Below are positions 50,654 through 60,887 of a DNA stretch of 64,000 bases, piece by piece. The DNA comes from Planktothrix sp. FACHB-1365 (GTDB lineage Bacteria; Cyanobacteriota; Cyanobacteriia; Cyanobacteriales; Microcoleaceae). The notes under the pieces are model-generated. The model was not told the DNA's origin, did no database searches, and saw only the letters and a program-made list of their open reading frames with translations. Numbering within the stretch: the stretch's first letter is position 1; each line of letters begins with the position of its first letter. The translations under genes and the position numbers were made by a program. The DNA lies in the NCBI RefSeq assembly GCF_014697575.1, contig NZ_JACJSC010000008.1, positions 93,075-157,074 on the forward strand, read 5' to 3'.

Positions 50654-51091
50654 TTAACCTCCAAACAACCATTGTTTAACTTTTATTAAGGATTTCCAAT
50701 CCGGTTTGCGAGTTAATCCATCTTCAAAATTTTTAGTGATTTCCTGCTGCCAATCCGTATCGACTAATACCAGTTGACTCGCAAGTTCAACGTGGGAACG
50801 CACCCCGGTTTTCCCTAACTCCAACATCGCCGTCGCCAAATTCACTCTGGCTTGAGGATCATGGGGATTGAGTTTAACGGCTGATTTCGCTGCGTTATAA
50901 GCTAATTTGGGTTTATCTGCTAACAAATATAACCACGCTAAACTTGTCCAAGCATTACTATTTTTAGGAGCCTGATTACAAATTTCTTTAAACACCGGAA
51001 TCAAGGTTTCTGGGTCTTCACCCGCTTGATACCGTTCAAAACCGTCCTTAAATAATTCTTCTGGAGTTGCCATGAGTCGTTGTACATTCAA
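50654..51091 (-). CDS. TPR-repeat protein
   Basis: WTSLAWLYLLADKPKLAYNAAKSAVKLNPHDPQARVNLATAMLELGK shows the TPR W-LG-Y / A-F-A-P pattern. Confidence 0.55.
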   Translation of the reverse strand: MNVQRLMATPEELFKDGFERYQAGEDPETLIPVFKEICNQAPKNSNAWTSLAWLYLLADKPKLAYNAAKSAVKLNPHDPQARVNLATAMLELGKTGVRSHVELASQLVLVDTDWQQEITKNFEDGLTRKPDWKSLIKVKQWLFGG

Positions 51092-51190
51092 AATATAGCG
51101 ATAGGCTAAACCGGGTGATTTCTGCCGGATTCATGACTGATCGCAAATTGCCAACCTTTAATTTTAATCTAAAACGCGAAAGCCGTCTAT

Positions 51191-51231
51191 AAAAATTTTT
51201 ATAATTCAGACAGAAACCGAGTTTCTGAATC
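51191..51231 (-). terminator. Hairpin (TTCAGA...GAAACCGAGTTTC...TCTGAA) followed on the minus strand by a T-run; probable terminator of the IscA/HesB gene
   Basis: Reverse-complement reading is CTGATTCAGAAACTCGGTTTCTGTCTGAATTATAAAAATTTTT. A second GAAACCGGGTTTC hairpin lies at ~51258-51270. Confidence 0.4.
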
Positions 51232-51285
51232 AGAAAGGTTGATGGTCATCAAACAACAACTGCTAGAAACCCGGTTTCTTAACTC

Positions 51286-51642
51286 TTAGGTCGCAAAGGA
51301 TTTACCACAACCACAGGTTTGAGTGGCTTGAGGATTGGTAAACTGGAACCCACCCCCAATCAAAGCATCTGTATAATCGAGGACTAGGCCGTAAATGTAG
51401 AGTAAGCTTTTGCGATCGCAAACCACCTGAAACCCTTCATAATCAAAGACTTCATCATCCTCGCGAATGGTGCTAGGGTCAGCAAAATCCATTAAATATG
51501 ACATTCCAGAACAACCGCCTTGGCGGACTCCCACCCGCAGACAAAGATCTTTTCCTTGCTTTTCGCGCAGAAATTGAACTTGCTTAATCGCTGATTCCGT
51601 CATCTGAACCCCTTGGGTTGGGGTTTGAGTCGCTTGTGTCAT
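51286..51642 (-). CDS. Iron-sulfur cluster assembly accessory protein, HesB/IscA/SufA family
   Basis: C-terminal CGCGKSF plus the internal Cys (GGCSGMSY) form the 3-Cys signature of A-type carriers. Length is 118 aa. Confidence 0.88.
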   Translation of the reverse strand: MTQATQTPTQGVQMTESAIKQVQFLREKQGKDLCLRVGVRQGGCSGMSYLMDFADPSTIREDDEVFDYEGFQVVCDRKSLLYIYGLVLDYTDALIGGGFQFTNPQATQTCGCGKSFAT

Positions 51643-52025
51643 GGGTTGGCCTGACTCCTTTTGTAATGTTTTAAACTGATCAAAAAATAATGGCGTTTTG
51701 ATCCGGTTTCTGTATTACTGAATATTTTATCGCAGACAACAGCATCCTTGCAGCACTTGAGCTTTCTGATCTTGGCACTAAACCTCAATCCTGGACTTTT
51801 TTCTAACCAACAGGCTTAATGTAGGATCGCGATCGCTTTTAATTGATTGTAACTTTTGTTTAAAAAATGGAAACTTTTATCAATTTTTGAATTGAACATT
51901 TTTGGCTCAAATCTCTAATAAATAAGGCTTTCAAGCGTTTTGATAAAAAACCTCTATTTTTCTGGCAATGATAGATTATTAATTAGAGATCAGTTTCCTG
52001 ATTTGTTAGCTCCCGGTACAAATTT

Positions 52026-55000
52026 ATGAACAGTGCGAATAGACAGCCTACTTTCAAGGTTTTGTCTTCTATTTTCGTGGGCTTTTTCCTCAGCGCGAAT
52101 CCCGGTTTAACTCAACCCATTACCCCCGCTAACGACGGCACAAATACGATTATTACTCCCAATGGCAATCAATTTAATATTAATGGGGGAACTCGTTCAG
52201 TAGATGGGAATAATTTATTTCATAGTTTTGAAAGGTTTGGTTTAGAACCCGGACAAATTGCTAACTTCCTTTCTGACCCTGCTATTCGCAACATTTTAGG
52301 ACGAGTCACCGGAGGAGAAGCTTCAATTATTCAAGGGTTGATTCAAATTACGGGGGGAAATTCTAACTTATTTTTAATGAACCCTGCGGGAATTATTTTT
52401 GGTGCAGGTGCAAGTTTAAATGTTCCGGCTGATTTTACCGCGACAACGGCTACGGGAATTAGTTTTAATAATAATTGGTTTAATGTTAGTGGTAATACCG
52501 ATTATAACAGTTTTAACGGAAATCCAAGCGGTTATGCTTTTGCGGTGACTCAACCCGGAGTGATTCTCAATGAAGGAAATTTAACGTTATCTTCCGGTCA
52601 CAATTTAACCTTATTGGGAGGAACTGTTATTAATACGGGGGAACTTTCTACACCCGAAGGAACTATTAATATTGTTGCGGTTGAAGGCGATAGTTTAGTT
52701 CGGATTTCTCAAGAAGGACAATTGCTGAATTTAGAAGTTTCTCCTTTGAATTTAACGACCCCAGAATCAACCATTACCCCCTTAACATTACCCCAATTAT
52801 TAACGGGGTCTAAAGCTTATAGTGCCACAAATGTAACAGTTAATGATCAGGGTCAGGTGATTTTAACGGGTTCTAATACGATTATTCCAGAACAATCGGG
52901 AGTTGCGATCGCTTCTGGGGATATGAAAGGAAATATTGTCCTACAAGCGGATAATGATATTACGGTCAATGAAACTATAGAAACCAGTGAATCTGTCGAA
53001 TTAAAAGCGGGACGAAGTATTAATATTAATGCTGATATTAATAGGACTGAAGGTAATGGAGATATTATAATTCAGGGAAATTTTGATAAGGGAAATGCAG
53101 AAAATCGAGCCGAAGGTGCAGCCAATATTAATCAACAAGATGGAACTACTTTAAATGCAGCAAGTGGCAATATTTTAATTGAGTTAGGGAAATTAGGAGA
53201 AGTTGGAGATATTAATTTAGCCAATATTAATACAACAGGGGAAGTTGTTGTTAATGCTAATGGCGGTAATATTAATCGAGTTTCAGAAGATTCTTTAATT
53301 ATTGGTGCTAATGCTCTATTTAAAACGACAGAAACCGGAGGAATTGGAACGGAAACTGAACCCTTAAGAATTCAAGCAAATAATTTAGAAGCGATATCAG
53401 GAAGCGGGGGAATATTTGTTGATGCTTTGCAAGGATTAACAATTGGGGGTGTGGATGATAACATCAAAGGACTTTCAACTCAGAATGGGGGTGATATTGT
53501 TCTGAATGTTGACGGAGATTTAACCGTTAATGAAGTTATTTCAACTCAATTCACCAAGAATCAAGATGCTGGAGATATTACGATTATAACTCAGGGAAAT
53601 TTTAATAGTTCTCAAGCTCCAATTATTAGCGATCCTTCGTTTGTTGATTGGGAAAATGGAGAAAATTGGGAAAATTTAGGAGATGGGGGAAATGTAACGA
53701 TTAAAGCTGATGGCAATATTATTGCAAGTGATATTTATTCCTCTTCAAATCAGGGAAATGGAGGAGATATTAACCTTGACAGTCAAAATGGTTATATTGA
53801 TACTAGCTTAGGAGGGTTAAGCTCTTCTTCCTATGGAGATGGAGGAAATATCAATTTAACGTCTAATGGTAATATTATTATAAATAATATTGATTCTTCT
53901 TCAATTAAAAATGGAGGAAATATTAACCTTGAAAGTACAAATGGTTACATTAGCTTAGGAGGTTTAAAATCTTATTCTTTGGAAGGAGAGGGTGGAAAGA
54001 TCAATTTAACGGCTAATGGTAATATTACTACAGGTGAAATTAATTCCTATTCAGAGAATGGAAATGGAGGAGATATTAGCCTTGAAAGTACAAATGGTTA
54101 TATTGATACTAGCTTAGGATGGTTAACCTCTGGTTACAGATTTTTTGGAAGAGATGGAGGCAACATTAATTTAACAGCTTATGGAAATATTATTACAAAT
54201 AATATTTATTCTTTTTCAGACAATGGAAATGGAGGAAATATTACCCTTAAAAGTACAAATGGCAATATTGATACTAGCTTAGGATCGTTAATTTCTTATT
54301 CCTGGCTCTGGGAACAAGAAACAGATGGAGGAAAGATCAATTTAACGGCTAATGGTAATATTACTACAAATTCCATTGATTCTTATTCATATCAGGGAAG
54401 TGGAGGTGATATTAACCTTGAAAGTAAAAATGGTTATATTGATACTCACTCAGGAGATTTAAACTCTTCTTCTGACGGAGGAGGAAATGGAGGAAACATT
54501 AACTTAAATGCTAAAGGTATTGTCATTACAGGTAATATTTATGCAGGTGGGAATACACAAGGTGGAGATATTGCTCTGACCAGTCGTTTTAATGACGTGG
54601 TAACGTTAGGCAACTTGGTGCGTGGATCATCAAAAGCCACTATTAGTGCGTTTGGTAATATTGACTTAGGAACAATCACAGGAGATAGCATCAATTTAAG
54701 TCCTGATGACAATAATTTAGATCCCAAAGATGGGGAAGTTCAACTACAAGCTCATAATGATATTACCATTCGAGAACCTCTAAATCTTGAGCAAGTTTCT
54801 AACTTAGAAATTCGAGCCGGACGCAATATTAATATTAAGGCAGATATCGATACTTCTGAAGGAAATGGTAATATCTTTTTACAAGCGAATGACAAAGGTG
54901 CTGAAGCGAGTTTACGAGGGGAAGGAACCGGAAATATTATTATGGCAGAGGGAACAACCCTGAATGCGGGTAGTGGAGATATTACCCTGCAATTAGGAAA

Positions 55001-58000
55001 TTTTGGAGATGAAAGTAATATCGGTAATATTATTATTAATAACCTTGAAACAACAGGAAATATAACCGTTAATGCTCTAGGAGGGAATATTTTACAAAGT
55101 TCTCCCAGTGCATTAATTCAAGCTGAAAATGCGATTTTTCAAACAAACGAAACAGGGGAAATGGGTCAATCTGAAAACCCTATCCGTTTAGATGTTAATT
55201 ATTTAGAAGCCGTTACAGGACAAGGAGGAGCCTATTTCTACTCACCCCAAGGTAATCTAAATATAGGAGGAGCTAATTCTTTGTTACGTGGAATTACTGC
55301 TTTTGAAGGGGGTGATATTGAACTCCAAGTTGGGGGTGATCTTAAAGTACAAGAACCCCTGATTACAAATCGGGGTAATATTACTTTAAATGCAGAAGGT
55401 TCTATTAATACAACACAAGCTGATATTAGTTCTTCTTCATATAACGGCAATGCCGGAAATATTATGCTGTCGGCAAGGGGTGATATTCACACTGGTTCTA
55501 TTTCTTCATCTTATTATTCTGAGAACTCTGACACAGGTGATGCCGGAAATATCAAAATCGAAAGTACCACAGGTTCTATTAATACAACACAAGGTAATAT
55601 TAGTTCTTCTTCAAATTCATATAACAGCACTGCCGGAAATATTACACTGTCGGCAGGGGATGATATTCAAACAGGTTATATTTCTTCATCAATCTATGGC
55701 GCAGGTGATGCCGGAAATATCAAAATCGAAAGTACCGCAGGTTCTATTAATACAACACAAGGTGATATTAGTTCTTCTTCATCTACTGGCAATGCTGGAA
55801 ATATTACGCTGTTAGCAAGCGGTGATATTCAAACAAGTAATATTCATTCATCAAGCGCTTTCCTCGGTAATGCCGGAAATATCCAAATTGAAAGTACGGC
55901 AGGTTCTATTAATACAACACAAGGTGATATTAGTTCTTTACAAGGTGATATTACTTCTTCTTCATTGTCATATGACGGTGCTACCGGAAATATTACACTG
56001 TCGGCAGAGGGTGATATTCAAACTGGTTTTATTAATTCATCAATCTATACCACAGGTGATGCCGGAAATATCAAAATCGAAAGTACCGCAGGTTCTATTA
56101 ATACAACACAAGGTGATATTAGTTCTTCTTCATCTGGTGGCAATGCTGGAAATATTACACTGTCAGCAAGCGGTGATATTCAAACAGGTTCTATTTCTTC
56201 ATTCAGCGATGGCACAGGTGATGCCGGAAATATCAAAATCGAAAGTACCGCAGGTTCTATTGATACAACACAAGGTGATATTATTTCTGCTTATAATGGA
56301 AATGCCCAAAATATTACACTGTCGGCAAGGGGTGATATTCAAACAGGTTCTATTTCTTATTTATCAAGCGATGGCACAGGTGATGCCGGAAATATCAAAA
56401 TCGAAAGTACCGCAGGTTCTATTGATACAACACAAGGTGATATTACTTCTTCTTCTTGGAGTGGCAATGCTGGAGATATTATTCTATCGGCTAAAAATAA
56501 TATTATTACAGCGAATATTTATTCCTTGATTTCGCAAAATAGTGACTTCAATGTTGATGATTCTCAAGGAAATGCAGGGAATATTATATTAGAAAGTCGT
56601 GATGGGAGTATTGATACAACATCAGGTTACATTTTTTCATCTTCTCCCAATGGAAATTCAGGAAGTATTAGCCTTTCTGCTTTGGGTGATATTCGGACTG
56701 GTAAGATTGATGTTTTATCGGCTTTTAATATAACGTTTGAACCTAACCCTAATCCAGAAATTCCTACACCTCCTGTGATGGTGATAGATTTTGATCATCC
56801 AATTTCACGAACCAGTGGACTTGCTGGGGATATTTCAATTAGTAGTACAAACGGAAGTATTAATACAACAGGTGGTGCAATTAACTCTCAATCTCCCGAT
56901 GGTTCAGGGAATATTATCCTTAATGCGAATGGTGATATTACAACAGGTTTAATGACTGCGGCTGCTTTAAATTCTTCTAAAGCAACAACAGGAGGAGATG
57001 TTACGATTAACAGTGATGCAGGAAATATTAATATTACCCAAAATTTAGAAACATTCTCAGAAAAAGGAACGGCTGGAAATGTTAACCTCAACACATCAGG
57101 AGGGAATATTACCACTCAAGAAATTCTATCGAATGGTGATCAACAAGGTGGTAATATTACGATTGGAAGTAGCGATACTAACGCCATTAATCTGCAAGGT
57201 TCCTTAACCACTTTATCTGAAAATGGAATTGCTGGGGATGTTAACCTTACGGCTAATAATGGAATTACCATTAATAGCATTAATTCAACAGGGTTACAAC
57301 AAGGCGGTAATCTTGAAATTATTTCAAAAAATGGTAATATTGATGCTACAGGAGGCAATTTAGAAACCTTATCAACACAAGGAACAGCCGGAAATGTCAT
57401 CCTCAGCACATCGGGAAATATTACCACTCAAGCAATTGAATCAAATGGATATGAACAAGGCGGTAATATTACCATTGGAAATGGCGATACTAACGCCATT
57501 AATCTACAAGGTTCCTTAACCACTTTATCTGAAAAGGGGATAGCTGGAGATGTTAATCTCACGGCTAATGAGGGAATTACAGTTAATGGCATTCATTCAG
57601 AAGGATTACAACAAGGGGGAAATATTGAAATTTTTGCTGAGAATGGGAATATTGATGCGACGAGAAATAATTTAGAAACTTTTTCTGAGGAAGGAATTGC
57701 TGGAAATGTTACGTTAAACGCTATCGGTTCTGTTAATACCAGTAATATTACTTCATTCGGCTCTACTGAAAGCGGAGATGTCACCATTACCAGTGGTAGT
57801 ATTATAACAGGAAATATTACAACCCAATCCGATAACGGCCCCTCTGGAAATATTTTCCTCAATTCTATTGCACTTCAAGGCAATATTGAATCTGCTAATC
57901 TTTCTTCTATTGGTAACACCCAATCTGGAGATATTACCATTAAAGCTGAGGATGGTTCTATTCAAACTGAAAATATTGGTTCCCAGTCAGAAGCAGGAGA

Positions 58001-60095
58001 TTCTGGAAATGTTAATGTTAACGGTGGGGATGATGTAACAACAGATAATATTACCACCCAAGGGGAAACAGGAAGTGGCGATGTTAATGTGAATAGTCAA
58101 GAAGGTTCTGCTACGACGGAAGATGTGACTTCCAGTTCTAATAACGGCAATTCTGGTAATATTAATGTGGATGCTGCGAATGATATTAAAACAGACAATA
58201 TTACCACCCAAGGAGAAGCTGGGAGCGGAGATATTAATATTAATAGTCAACAAGGTTCTGCTACGACCGCAGATGTGACTTCCATTTCTAATTCAGGAGA
58301 TAGTGGGAATGTTAATATTCAAGCTTCAGAAGAGATTAATTTGGGAAATGTCCAAACTCTAGCAGGGGAAAATAGCGGTAATATTAATATTGATTCTACT
58401 AACGGGGGCGTGAATGCCGGAAATATAGAAAGTATTGCGGAAACAGGAAGTTCTGGGAATATTGATATTAATGCTCAAAATAATATTGAAGTCGGAAAGA
58501 TCATAACAAATGGAGCCATCAGTAGTGGAAGTGTTAACCTCAATAGTGAAGCAGGAGAAATTAATCATCAAGGAATCCAAATTGGCAATAATTTACCTAA
58601 CTCTTCCATTGATAGTATTAACAATACTCCCGCTTCTGTTTTGACTCAGCCTGCTCAAAATTTCCCTGATAACTCTTCAAATAGTGCTAATAATACATCA
58701 ACTACTCAAATTCCAGAAAACTCTACTCTTGTCAGCACAGAAAACTCTACTCTTGTCAGCACAGAAAACTCTACTCTTGTCAGTGCAGAAAACTCTACTC
58801 TTGTCAGTAATAGCTTTCATGAAAATTTTGATTTAGCTCAACAAAATTTACAACTGAATAGTTATAGTTCTTTCATCACGGAAATGAACGCAGCATTTCT
58901 GGAAGTTGAACAAAATCGCACCCAGGAATTCAAAACTTACTTAGGAGAAGGATTTTCTAATCTTTTGGTAACAACAGCCAGTGTCCGAAATGTCTTAAAA
59001 ACGATTCAGGAGCAAACTGGAAATCATTCAGCAGTGGTTTATGTGTCTGTTAAACCTCAACAAATAGAACTCATTGTATTTGATGCAACGGGTCAGCCAC
59101 ACTTACAAACTGTTCCTGTTTCACAAGATGAATTATTAAAGGTAAAACGGGAATTTATGGAAACCATTACTTCTCCTCGTTTCCGTGAATCTGATGCTTA
59201 CCTCGCTCCGGCTCAAAAACTCTATCAATGGTTAATTCAACCCATAGAAGCTCATCTGAAAGAGGCAAAAATTGATACTCTACTATTAAGTATGGATTCA
59301 GGATTACGCGGTTTACCTATTGCAGCCTTACACGATGGAAAACAGTTTTTAGTTGAAAAATATAGCTTGAGTTTAATTCCCAGTATTAGTTTAATGGATA
59401 CTCAATATCGTAGTGTCGAGGATGCACCTGTATTAGGAATGGGCGCAAGTGAATTTATTGATGAGCAAGCCTTACCTGCGGTTCCCTTAGAGTTAGCGAT
59501 TATTACGGAAAAATTACGGAAAGGTCAAAGCTTTCTTAATGAAGAATTTACCAAAAATAATCTAATAAAACAGCGTCAAACTTATCCTTATCGGATTGTG
59601 CATTTAGCAACTCACACAGAGTTTTTACCGGGAAGTTTAGAGCATTCTTATATTCAATTGTGGCAGGATGAGAAGCTCTATTTTAATCAATTTCGACAAT
59701 TAAAATTGAATAATCCCCCGGTAGATTTATTAGTCTTATCTTCTTGTCGAACTGCTATTGGTAATGAACAAGCCGAATTAGGGTTTGCGGGATTAGCGGT
59801 ACAAACGGGGGTGAAGTCGGTCTTAGCAAGTTTGTGGTATGTTAACGATCAAGGAACATTAGGGTTAATGAGTGAGTTTTATACCCATCTCAATCAAAGC
59901 CCGATTAAGGCAGAAGCATTAAGACAGGCGCAAATTTCGATGATTCAAGGTCAAGCCAACATTGAACTTGAGGCGTTACAAGGATCTTCTATACAAGTGG
60001 ATGAAAAGTCCCCGATTCAGTTACCTGACATGAACCGGGATTTTTCCCATCCCTACTATTGGTCAGGGTTTACAATGGTTGGGAGTCCTTGGTAA
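52026..60095 (+). CDS. 2689-aa secreted giant: signal peptide + TPS (filamentous haemagglutinin N-terminal) domain + ~2000-aa Gly/Asn/Ser-rich beta-helical repeat shaft + C-terminal CHAT (caspase-like protease) domain
   Basis: TPS domain: ...NGNQFNINGGTRSVDGNNLFHSFERFGLEPGQIANF...GGEASIIQGLIQITGGNSNLFLMNPAGIIFGAGASLNVPADFTATTA (NPxGI motif). Shaft: degenerate ~20-aa and highly regular ~57-60-aa repeats (GDAGNIKIESTAGSINTTQGDISSSS...GNAGNITLSASGDIQTG...). CHAT: ...YRIVHLATHTEF... and ...DLLVLSSCRTAIG... (His/Cys dyad context), ending YYWSGFTMVGSPW. Confidence 0.85.
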   Translation: MNSANRQPTFKVLSSIFVGFFLSANPGLTQPITPANDGTNTIITPNGNQFNINGGTRSVDGNNLFHSFERFGLEPGQIANFLSDPAIRNILGRVTGGEASIIQGLIQITGGNSNLFLMNPAGIIFGAGASLNVPADFTATTATGISFNNNWFNVSGNTDYNSFNGNPSGYAFAVTQPGVILNEGNLTLSSGHNLTLLGGTVINTGELSTPEGTINIVAVEGDSLVRISQEGQLLNLEVSPLNLTTPESTITPLTLPQLLTGSKAYSATNVTVNDQGQVILTGSNTIIPEQSGVAIASGDMKGNIVLQADNDITVNETIETSESVELKAGRSININADINRTEGNGDIIIQGNFDKGNAENRAEGAANINQQDGTTLNAASGNILIELGKLGEVGDINLANINTTGEVVVNANGGNINRVSEDSLIIGANALFKTTETGGIGTETEPLRIQANNLEAISGSGGIFVDALQGLTIGGVDDNIKGLSTQNGGDIVLNVDGDLTVNEVISTQFTKNQDAGDITIITQGNFNSSQAPIISDPSFVDWENGENWENLGDGGNVTIKADGNIIASDIYSSSNQGNGGDINLDSQNGYIDTSLGGLSSSSYGDGGNINLTSNGNIIINNIDSSSIKNGGNINLESTNGYISLGGLKSYSLEGEGGKINLTANGNITTGEINSYSENGNGGDISLESTNGYIDTSLGWLTSGYRFFGRDGGNINLTAYGNIITNNIYSFSDNGNGGNITLKSTNGNIDTSLGSLISYSWLWEQETDGGKINLTANGNITTNSIDSYSYQGSGGDINLESKNGYIDTHSGDLNSSSDGGGNGGNINLNAKGIVITGNIYAGGNTQGGDIALTSRFNDVVTLGNLVRGSSKATISAFGNIDLGTITGDSINLSPDDNNLDPKDGEVQLQAHNDITIREPLNLEQVSNLEIRAGRNINIKADIDTSEGNGNIFLQANDKGAEASLRGEGTGNIIMAEGTTLNAGSGDITLQLGNFGDESNIGNIIINNLETTGNITVNALGGNILQSSPSALIQAENAIFQTNETGEMGQSENPIRLDVNYLEAVTGQGGAYFYSPQGNLNIGGANSLLRGITAFEGGDIELQVGGDLKVQEPLITNRGNITLNAEGSINTTQADISSSSYNGNAGNIMLSARGDIHTGSISSSYYSENSDTGDAGNIKIESTTGSINTTQGNISSSSNSYNSTAGNITLSAGDDIQTGYISSSIYGAGDAGNIKIESTAGSINTTQGDISSSSSTGNAGNITLLASGDIQTSNIHSSSAFLGNAGNIQIESTAGSINTTQGDISSLQGDITSSSLSYDGATGNITLSAEGDIQTGFINSSIYTTGDAGNIKIESTAGSINTTQGDISSSSSGGNAGNITLSASGDIQTGSISSFSDGTGDAGNIKIESTAGSIDTTQGDIISAYNGNAQNITLSARGDIQTGSISYLSSDGTGDAGNIKIESTAGSIDTTQGDITSSSWSGNAGDIILSAKNNIITANIYSLISQNSDFNVDDSQGNAGNIILESRDGSIDTTSGYIFSSSPNGNSGSISLSALGDIRTGKIDVLSAFNITFEPNPNPEIPTPPVMVIDFDHPISRTSGLAGDISISSTNGSINTTGGAINSQSPDGSGNIILNANGDITTGLMTAAALNSSKATTGGDVTINSDAGNINITQNLETFSEKGTAGNVNLNTSGGNITTQEILSNGDQQGGNITIGSSDTNAINLQGSLTTLSENGIAGDVNLTANNGITINSINSTGLQQGGNLEIISKNGNIDATGGNLETLSTQGTAGNVILSTSGNITTQAIESNGYEQGGNITIGNGDTNAINLQGSLTTLSEKGIAGDVNLTANEGITVNGIHSEGLQQGGNIEIFAENGNIDATRNNLETFSEEGIAGNVTLNAIGSVNTSNITSFGSTESGDVTITSGSIITGNITTQSDNGPSGNIFLNSIALQGNIESANLSSIGNTQSGDITIKAEDGSIQTENIGSQSEAGDSGNVNVNGGDDVTTDNITTQGETGSGDVNVNSQEGSATTEDVTSSSNNGNSGNINVDAANDIKTDNITTQGEAGSGDININSQQGSATTADVTSISNSGDSGNVNIQASEEINLGNVQTLAGENSGNINIDSTNGGVNAGNIESIAETGSSGNIDINAQNNIEVGKIITNGAISSGSVNLNSEAGEINHQGIQIGNNLPNSSIDSINNTPASVLTQPAQNFPDNSSNSANNTSTTQIPENSTLVSTENSTLVSTENSTLVSAENSTLVSNSFHENFDLAQQNLQLNSYSSFITEMNAAFLEVEQNRTQEFKTYLGEGFSNLLVTTASVRNVLKTIQEQTGNHSAVVYVSVKPQQIELIVFDATGQPHLQTVPVSQDELLKVKREFMETITSPRFRESDAYLAPAQKLYQWLIQPIEAHLKEAKIDTLLLSMDSGLRGLPIAALHDGKQFLVEKYSLSLIPSISLMDTQYRSVEDAPVLGMGASEFIDEQALPAVPLELAIITEKLRKGQSFLNEEFTKNNLIKQRQTYPYRIVHLATHTEFLPGSLEHSYIQLWQDEKLYFNQFRQLKLNNPPVDLLVLSSCRTAIGNEQAELGFAGLAVQTGVKSVLASLWYVNDQGTLGLMSEFYTHLNQSPIKAEALRQAQISMIQGQANIELEALQGSSIQVDEKSPIQLPDMNRDFSHPYYWSGFTMVGSPW
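55390..56520 (+). repeat. Near-identical ~170-180-bp tandem repeats (~6-7 copies) inside the giant TPS-CHAT gene
   Basis: Recurring nucleotide block gatgccggaaatatcaaaatcgaaagtaccgcaggttctattaatacaacacaaggtgatatt... seen directly at ~55540, 55710, 55870, 56050, 56220, 56390. The repeats keep two alternative frames open, which yields the artefactual ORFs 55390..55815 and 55822..56529. Confidence 0.6.
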
Positions 60096-60887
60096 AAGCT
60101 AAGGGTAAGATTTTGGCTCTCCTACCCCAAAGTGACAAAGTTTTCAGGAATTTTTCTTTTGACACTCACCGACCTAAAGGTACGGTGATTCTTGGGCTGA
60201 ATCTTGCCTCTACCAGGAATGCCAGTTTTGGTCTTACAGTTTCATGTCTAGTCCGACTACACCTTTTACAGCAAGCACTCTTAAAGACTACTCCCCAAGC
60301 GTAAATTTGGGTATGCCCTACCCTATTTGATTTTTTTTACTCTCCCACCTATGCCATATTTTTTAGAGGGCACTCAGGTATTGGGGCAACCCATGAGGGC
60401 TGGTGACATTAGTTTTTATACAGCGTGTGAGTTCGTATGCCACGACTACATCTACGTTCCCGCTTATTTTCAATTCTAACAGAAATCCGTCGTAGAACGA
60501 TAGGGTTTTAGACCCATTTTTTCGATAAGATGGAGAAAGCATTGCATTATAATATGGCAGGTTCAGCCATTGGTTGTGCGGCATCATCATAACTGGTCAG
60601 CACCCCGCTCTGAAGAGACGGGCCTTCATGCCTCTAACTTTAGATAGCTGACCAGCCTCAGCCTAACGGCTACGTTTTCTGGATCATAATACCCACGAAT
60701 GCGACGCTAGTTTGTGGCTCTATTGTTAACAATTAAACAGTTTTACGAGGGGTAAGACAGTGTTGTTAGCGCAAAAAGTTCAGAAAACATGGGCGAAGCG
60801 AACATTACCCTAGAAATAGGAGTTATTTCATGTCTAATAAGGATGGTTATTCTTATGGATTCTAAAAAAACAGGCGGTTAAAACCGT

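Noticed and set aside
55390-56529. Two long plus-strand ORFs (141 and 235 aa; MPEISKSKVPQVLLIQHKVILVLL...) overlapping the TPS-CHAT gene in another frame
   Set aside because: They exist only because the ~180-bp tandem repeat lacks stops in that frame. The peptide is itself perfectly periodic and has no start or RBS context, so it is an artefact of the repeats.
56888-58580. A series of minus-strand ORFs (70-95 aa) antisense to the repeat shaft of the TPS-CHAT gene
   Set aside because: The reason is the same: low-complexity repeat DNA keeps antisense frames open. None has a credible start or any conservation signal.
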